Shown here: positions 61,095 through 64,000 of the stretch, in pieces
Position numbering within the stretch: the stretch's first letter is position 1
How the letters are laid out: every line of letters begins with the position of its first letter
Assembly: GCA_002633005.1 (NCBI GenBank)
Contig: NMRA01000307.1
Location: forward strand, 148,688-212,687
DNA: 64,000 bases
Direction of reading: 5' to 3'
Source of the DNA: Phoronis australis
Lineage: Eukaryota; Animalia; Phoronida
Made by a program: the position numbers and the translations under genes
The notes under the pieces: model-generated
Database searches by the model: none
Told to the model about the DNA's origin: nothing
Seen by the model: the letters and a program-made list of their open reading frames with translations, nothing else

Positions 61095-64000
61095 GTGAGT
61101 ATTTGTCTAGTAATATTGAAAATGGAAATGTTACTAATGCTGATCACAGGTAATAATCCTTGCCCAATATCATTATCATTACCATTGTGAGGTGTAATTA
61201 CACAATGACTTGGCTTGAATGAGTAATTTGCTGGCAAAAATTTTCTAGCCCAGCGTTAATAATGTAAAATTTATAATACTGAAATTTAACTAATATCCTT
61301 CAAGTTTACAGAGCAGGGATTACTAAATTACAGTGGTCACAAACCATCTGAACAGGAGGTAGATCAGGCGCCTCATCCATTGTCTGAAAATAATTCACCC
61401 GTGATCATTCGTCATCCACCTGATTGCATTGTTATTGTCCAACCTCAAATGATGGCAGATCTGATACATTACTGCAAGAAGCTTACATCTCACTGAGTCG
61501 GAGGTGATTTGTGGTTTGGCTATTCCCGCCTATTGGTCACACTTGCTATCAAAAAGAAGCCTTCATTCCACTATCGTAATATGTTGTTATGCTGTGCCCA
61601 TCCATTGTGATCACACAGATAACGTTATGCTAATTACTAAAAAGACAATAGTAAAGGCGCCTGTGTGAACGCTCCTTTTAAGCATCTGATCTGTCGTCTG
61701 ATCAGATGTTCTATCTGCTTTCTTTTAAGAATCCTCCGTGTGAATGTGGTATTATACTGCGTGGTATATAGTCCCATTCTCCATGTGAACGTTGGAAATA
61801 AACTCTCACCAATTTCAGACAAAAATAAATTACCACCGACATTCCTCTTTCCATTTCCGAGGGTTTCTATTGTTTTGAATGCCTGAAAGTTTTCAAAACA
61901 TCTACTGTTTGGTGCGATACAAAACTTGAACTTGGACAAAACAAGTATTAATTTGATGCTGCACATCTTTTAGGGAAGAAATTGAGAAAACGGGGCTTCC
62001 CTTGTCTGCCATTTTGTGTTCTAAATCTGTGAGATTTTTCCCTAATTAAATATTACAGGTTAAGTAACTCATCAACAAGCTTTGTAAGCTTGACCACATT
62101 TTTGCCGAGTTTAGTAGTTTTCAAAACGAAGTTGTTATGTCACATTGAAGTTTAATGAGAACCCAGAAACAAACCAAGCAAGATATCACTCAAAACATTT
62201 GAATAGCTAGTAATATTTCTGCTGTGAAAACTTGTCAACTTTGCACTAAAAGAGGATCGTCAATGTTTTGAAGTCTGTTGTTAGACTATATTTCTTAACA
62301 GTTCAAGCTAATGAGATCTTGTTGTTGCTAGTTTGTTAGTAATAGTTTCTGAATATGCAACACTTGCAATTTTCACTAGAACTTTGAGACTAAGGCGTGT
62401 GTTGTTGCTGCAAGTGAAGTAATCTTAGCATGATAATCAATCAAGTTGGTGGTTGAATGCCTGGCATATGCAATATGATTACATACTGGGGTGGCTTCTT
62501 GCTGAAATAACTTGAGAGATAAGACGTGTTCGGATGAACCTATAAGAAACAAAATCAAAGATCTGCAAAACATTTACCAAACTTATTAGTCTCAGATGTT
62601 ATTGAAGCTATGAAGTCTGCATGCGCTGGCTTAAAAAGCATTTGACTCAATCTGAAAGATATTGATACCATTTTGTTATACTGTGGCAAGAGAGCTTTCA
62701 TGTATACATGCTCTGTTCATTATTTTTTGTGGTATATTTACCTACTGTAAATGGGTCATCACAGGAGAGCCCAGAATACCTCCTGCTGTTGTGTTGTTGG
62801 TGATGTGGACCAATAGTGTTGAGTATGTTTGAAGCTAACATGGAGATATGGTCTCTTCACTGGCAGGCTATAGTAAGGCTTCTATGATTTTGTGTTCTGA
62901 CAGAAAGCAGAAATAATGAGAGGAAAAGAAAAGGATTTAGTAAGTGGCATGACCTTGCATGTAAAGTTGAGTGTTCTCTTGAAATAATACAAGAATATAC
63001 CTTGTGATTTTATAGCTTCTTTTCTAACATTTAGTTTATCGATAGAAGTACATAGTTTTGCCATTGTATTGCACAATCCTCCCATTAGTTTGAGGATCTT
63101 GGTTGATTGGACAATGGCATTTTGTAAATGTTGTTGATCATCAAGTTATTACAATATGAATTTTTTATCACTCTCAAGTGACATCTATAGGAGAATTTTC
63201 TCCACTACTTGATTTTTTCAGATTATTCAGATGAAACACCATGCAATTTTGATTGCAATCCTATAGCCACACTTTTACAACCTCGTTAGGTGACATTGTT
63301 TGTTTTCGTAAACATAATATTTGACAATTGCTCTCTTTTGTAATTTTGTTTTGTTTCTGTACCCTCCTTGACCCATGACTACCAAAGCTCACTCAGAATT
63401 CAACTGACAAATTGACCAGTCACGAGGTATGCTCTACTTCAAGCCAGGTCATGATTGGTCAGTTTTTGAGTTACATTTGATGATCTCTGGTTCTGGTACC
63501 ATAAAGCATAGATACCCGTAATCCACAATTGTTCTAGTTGATTTGCTGAATATGGCATGTGCACAAACTTAGTAATATTTTACGCATTTTCCTTCTTAGT
63601 GCAGCCCTTTACTCATAAGTATTTGCTTTCTTTAGCTAGAGCAAAAATTGTAGCCTGAACACCTATCAGTTTTCCATCTGATGACGGGATTAACATCATG
63701 GCTTTTAACTTGTTCATTCAACTTCTTATATGTCAAGCTCATTGCTTTGTTCAGGAGTCAACGAGAGTAGAGTCTTACTGGCTTGTTTAAGTTTGCTGCA
63801 ACAGGCAGTTGGAACCAAACAAACATTGCAAACTCTCATTACAATCTGAGTATGAAGTCTACGGACGGTGTAACATTTGAGGCATGTTTTAGGTGAAATG
63901 TTCCTATTTCCTTCCCATCGGTCCATGGTCAGTTCCATTGAGATTTTAGGACGGCTTGAACATGGTGAATGTTACTTTGCGTTGTTGTCATTTACTTGTT

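Noticed and set aside
63213-63300. TTTTTTCAG acceptor as the next EPS8 exon
   Set aside because: Translation does not give the expected xILNHxxDDIE; the next exon probably lies beyond the window.

Overview
AT-rich animal genomic DNA with GT-AG introns. The repeat landscape suggests a lophotrochozoan such as a mollusc, but that is inference. Two + strand genes were reconstructed by reading splice sites and phases. (1) The 3' half of a BAZ1B/WSTF orthologue: 15 coding exons from 1336 to the stop at 15448, encoding WHIM/WSD motifs, two PHD fingers and a bromodomain, with a poly(A) signal near 16303. (2) The 5' part of an EPS8-family adaptor: ATG at 35400 and 7 coding exons to 61094, encoding an N-terminal extension, a PTB domain and a proline-rich segment; the gene continues past the window. 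Introns and spacer hold many unrelated minisatellites and non-autonomous DNA transposons: HINE/Helentron-like, PIF/Harbinger-like, TA-TSD MITEs, a TTAA-flanked Kolobok-like element with a THAP frame, and MITEs with 5-bp and 9-bp TSDs. Highlights are a HINE carrying 11 co-oriented CTCF-like motifs at ~150-bp spacing, decayed tandem copies of an exon end plus donor site, and a second PHD finger in BAZ1B. Most ORFs in the supplied track are spurious. All alignments to known proteins are from memory; no searches were run.
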